In this document: positions 50,045 through 52,511 of the stretch, in pieces
Position numbering within the stretch: position 1 is the stretch's first letter
How the letters are laid out: each line of letters opens with the position of its first letter
Source: Octopus bimaculoides
Lineage: Eukaryota
Assembly (NCBI RefSeq): GCF_001194135.2
Contig: NC_068983.1
Location: 107,646,941 to 107,699,451 of the forward strand
Length of the DNA stretch: 52,511 bases
Direction: 5' to 3'
Notes under the pieces: model-generated
Told to the model about the DNA's origin: nothing
Databases searched by the model: none
The model's input: the letters and a program-made list of their open reading frames with translations, nothing else
Made by a program: the position numbers and the translations under genes

Positions 50045-50476
50045 GCATAGGCATGGCTGTCTGGTAAGAAGCTTGCATCCCAACCACATGGTTCCAGGTT
50101 CACTTTGGGCTCTTCAACTCGTTTCAGTCATTAGACAGTGACCATGCCGAGACACTCCCAGGAAGAATTTTTAGTTGAATGAATCAACCCCTTCGTACAT
50201 ATTTTATTTACTTATTCGTTTTTGTTAAACCTGGTACTTATTTTCTCAGCCTCTTTTGCTGAACTGCCAAGTTACAGAAATGTAAACAGATCAACACCAG
50301 GTGTCAAGCAGGGGTGGGGAACAAACACTCACACATATACAATGAGCATTTTTTCAGTTTCCATCTACTGAATCTACACTCAAGGCTTTGGTCAGCCCAA
50401 GGTTCCATGCAATGGAACTGAACCCAGACCATGTGGTTGGGAAGCAAATTTCTTACCACATGGCCATGCCTGTGCC
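50045..50476. mobile_element. Family A head fragment (+, 50045-50110) joined to a near-full inverted family A copy (-, 50111-50476)
   Basis: GGCATGGCTGTCTGGTAAGAAGCTTGCATCCCAACCACATGGT at left is complementary to ACCATGTGGTTGGGAAGCAAATTTCTTACCACATGGCCATGCC at right. Confidence 0.8.
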
Positions 50477-51202
50477 TCATAAACTTTTATATTTATTAAT
50501 TTTTAATATTTTTTGTTAGGAACTGTATAATATAAGCTATTTATCTGTTAAATAAAATATATTTGAAATACCCCAATAAGATCTGTATCACTGAGTAACA
50601 TGATCATGCATGAGATATTTTTTTGTAAAACTTTGAGCGATGAGGATATTTCCATATTGACTTTATTTAGGTGTCAAAAAGAAAAGCCTGAGATCTTTTG
50701 AAACTGCACATATCTTTTTTTAAAACATGTTGACTATTTTGGCTATTTATCAAAATTAAAAGGTGTCAGATGGCAATGAACCAATTTTCAATACTGAAGT
50801 TTTGACTGGTGAAATATTTCTGAATAATCAATTCAGAATTCAGCTGGGAAATTCTTTTTTCAAAAAAAAATGTTGAGATATTTAGGAAACATATTTTCTT
50901 TTATTACTCTTTATTATCCCTATATTGCACACAGGGGATAGTTCTACCTTGTACAACAATAGGAAGAAAAACTGAATGAATTAGAAATATGGTTACTAAG
51001 AATTACCACTTCTACTCTGGCTGAAATTGAGATGGGATGTATCTTTTTAAAGAGAGATTCCAAGCAATCTCTAGCATTTCAAATCAAGCAATAAATTAAT
51101 GTCAAAAGAAGTTTCCCCTGAAAGACAGAGTATGTATACATACATACATACATATATGTGTATGTGTGTGTGTTTGTGTGTGTATGTATATGTGTGTGTT
51201 TC

Positions 51203-51253
<51 letters not shown>

Positions 51254-52057
51254 TACATATATACAGATATCTATATTATATATATATATTATATACATAT
51301 ACAAATATATATTATGTACATATAAAAATATATTTTATTTATGATATATACACAGATACATATATATTATATATCTGCATAGATTTTAATTATTGGCTAT
51401 ATGTAATATATTCTCACATTACAATATGTGGTGATATGTGAAAAAAGTTTAGCTGGCTCTGAAATTATGTGCTGACATTACTATTAACTCAGTGAGCCCT
51501 GAAAATCTATGGAGAACATTGAGTTTACTGCAGTTAATATTGATCTTAAATTTGTAGTTTATGCAACATTTATGAAATGTAAGGTAGAAAAGTATTATGA
51601 ACAACCAACAAAGAATTGCAAAAATATTGTTTGGTTAATTGAGTAAAAAGAGAAATGTATGCTGATGGAGAGAAAATGTGTGGTAGAGGCAAATATATGA
51701 TGATGATGTATTTTAGAAAGGAAAAAGTTATGGCTGTTTATAGTAACTAGTGTGTAGGATATTTGGCATGAACATTTCAAGTGATATTTTAATGATATGA
51801 TATGACAACAGAATGCAGATATAGAATCATTTTCCTCACTGCTGATCTACTCAAGTATTCTGTGAGTTGGTCTTCAAGCAAATGTTCTTGTGTTTCCTCT
51901 ATGGCCCAAATCATCTTTGTCCTCATTTTTGCCCACCCTCTGCTGACTAATTGAAGGTATAATGATGAATCCCTTTAACTTCTCCAACGTTACTATGTGT
52001 CTTGCAAACAACTTGCACATGCAAGTGCTACCAGTCAAGAACTCCGCATACCAGAAG

Positions 52058-52161
52058 CCAGCAAGTGTATGGGGTCATCAGGAGAGAATGTGCGCCGTTT
52101 CGGGGCCTACCTCTCGACGGCATCAATGAGCACCTCACTGATATGAGGCCCCGCTTGCTAG
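52058..52161 (-). ncRNA. Candidate permuted hammerhead ribozyme in the HERO 3' UTR
   Basis: GCCGTC^GAGAG(G)...AGGCCCC GAAA CGGC...(T)CTCTC CTGATGA, with stem II partner GGGGCCT upstream; see findings. Confidence 0.55.
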
Positions 52162-52191
52162 ATCAACTGATTATTAAAACAAAGCTCAATA

Positions 52192-52511
52192 TTACTCTAG
52201 CCATCGCTCATCGTCTCTTTTTAACCAAATCCAGTGGCTAGCCTTCTCCACTGTAGTTTGGATATCAGTAATGGTGGTATTTACCTTACGATGAGTTAGG
52301 CCTAACGATAACAACAGTCGTTTCACACTGTTTCCTACAAATCCTCTACATCCGACTTCGATTGGAAAATGCTCCGCTTTCCAGCCTGCGTCTTCACATT
52401 TCTCGAGGAGGTTTTCATAACGGTCCATCTTTCGAGCCCGCGCGGCGTCCATATTATCTTCATGAGGAACCGTTAACTCAACTAGATTTACAACTTTCCT
52501 TCTTTCACACA
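52192..52511 (-). CDS. C-terminal restriction-like endonuclease domain of the LINE ORF, 5'-partial
   Basis: Open from the window edge: ...LVELTVPHEDNMDAARARKMDRYENLLEKCEDAGWKAEHFPIEVGCRGFVG...VEKASHWIWLKRD; ELTVP.E, K..(K/R)Y, EVGCRGF and EKAS.W.WLKR motifs characteristic of HERO-clade elements. Confidence 0.85.
   Translation of the reverse strand, partial: CERRKVVNLVELTVPHEDNMDAARARKMDRYENLLEKCEDAGWKAEHFPIEVGCRGFVGNSVKRLLLSLGLTHRKVNTTITDIQTTVEKASHWIWLKRDDERWLE

Larger units (their letters stand above)
51990..52511 (-). mobile_element. 3' end of a HERO-type RLE non-LTR retrotransposon (continues beyond the window)
   Basis: Uninterrupted RLE ORF end, CpG-rich, structured 3' UTR of about 200 nt; exact 3' boundary uncertain. 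Confidence 0.85.

Noticed and set aside
3251-50476. tRNA-like A/B boxes as tRNA genes
   Set aside because: All continue into SINE bodies and lack complete cloverleaves.
4241-51344. Most ORFs in the six-frame track (poly-YI, VC, HT, I/Y/L runs and X runs)
   Set aside because: They are translations of microsatellites or N gaps, not genes.

Overview
AT-rich eukaryotic non-coding DNA with seven N gaps and many (TA)n/(CA)n/(ATT)n/(CAT)n microsatellites. The SINE complement looks like a coleoid cephalopod, probably Octopus (recognition, not a database result). I recognise no host protein-coding gene; only weak candidate exons are present, and almost all ORFs in the supplied track are microsatellite or N-run artefacts. 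The window is a mosaic of mobile DNA: three tRNA-derived SINE families plus an RTE-tailed family, degenerate RTE and CR1/Jockey-group LINE pieces, a Tc1 transposase relic, piggyBac-type and Tc1/mariner-type MITEs, an R4/Dong-type restriction-like endonuclease (RLE) fragment, and the intact-looking 3' end of a HERO-type RLE LINE running off the right edge. The main signal is hammerhead ribozyme (HHR) motifs. Up to five sequence-distinct minimal type-I HHR families of the Penelope-like element (PLE) kind occur; three sit in head-to-head fold-back insertions, and one carries a tRNA-derived head, so it looks like a PLE-mobilised, ribozyme-bearing SINE. The HERO 3' UTR holds all three HHR core segments with correctly registered helices in a non-circularly permuted order with a discontinuous stem II. 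None of these ribozymes has been tested; activity is a prediction.
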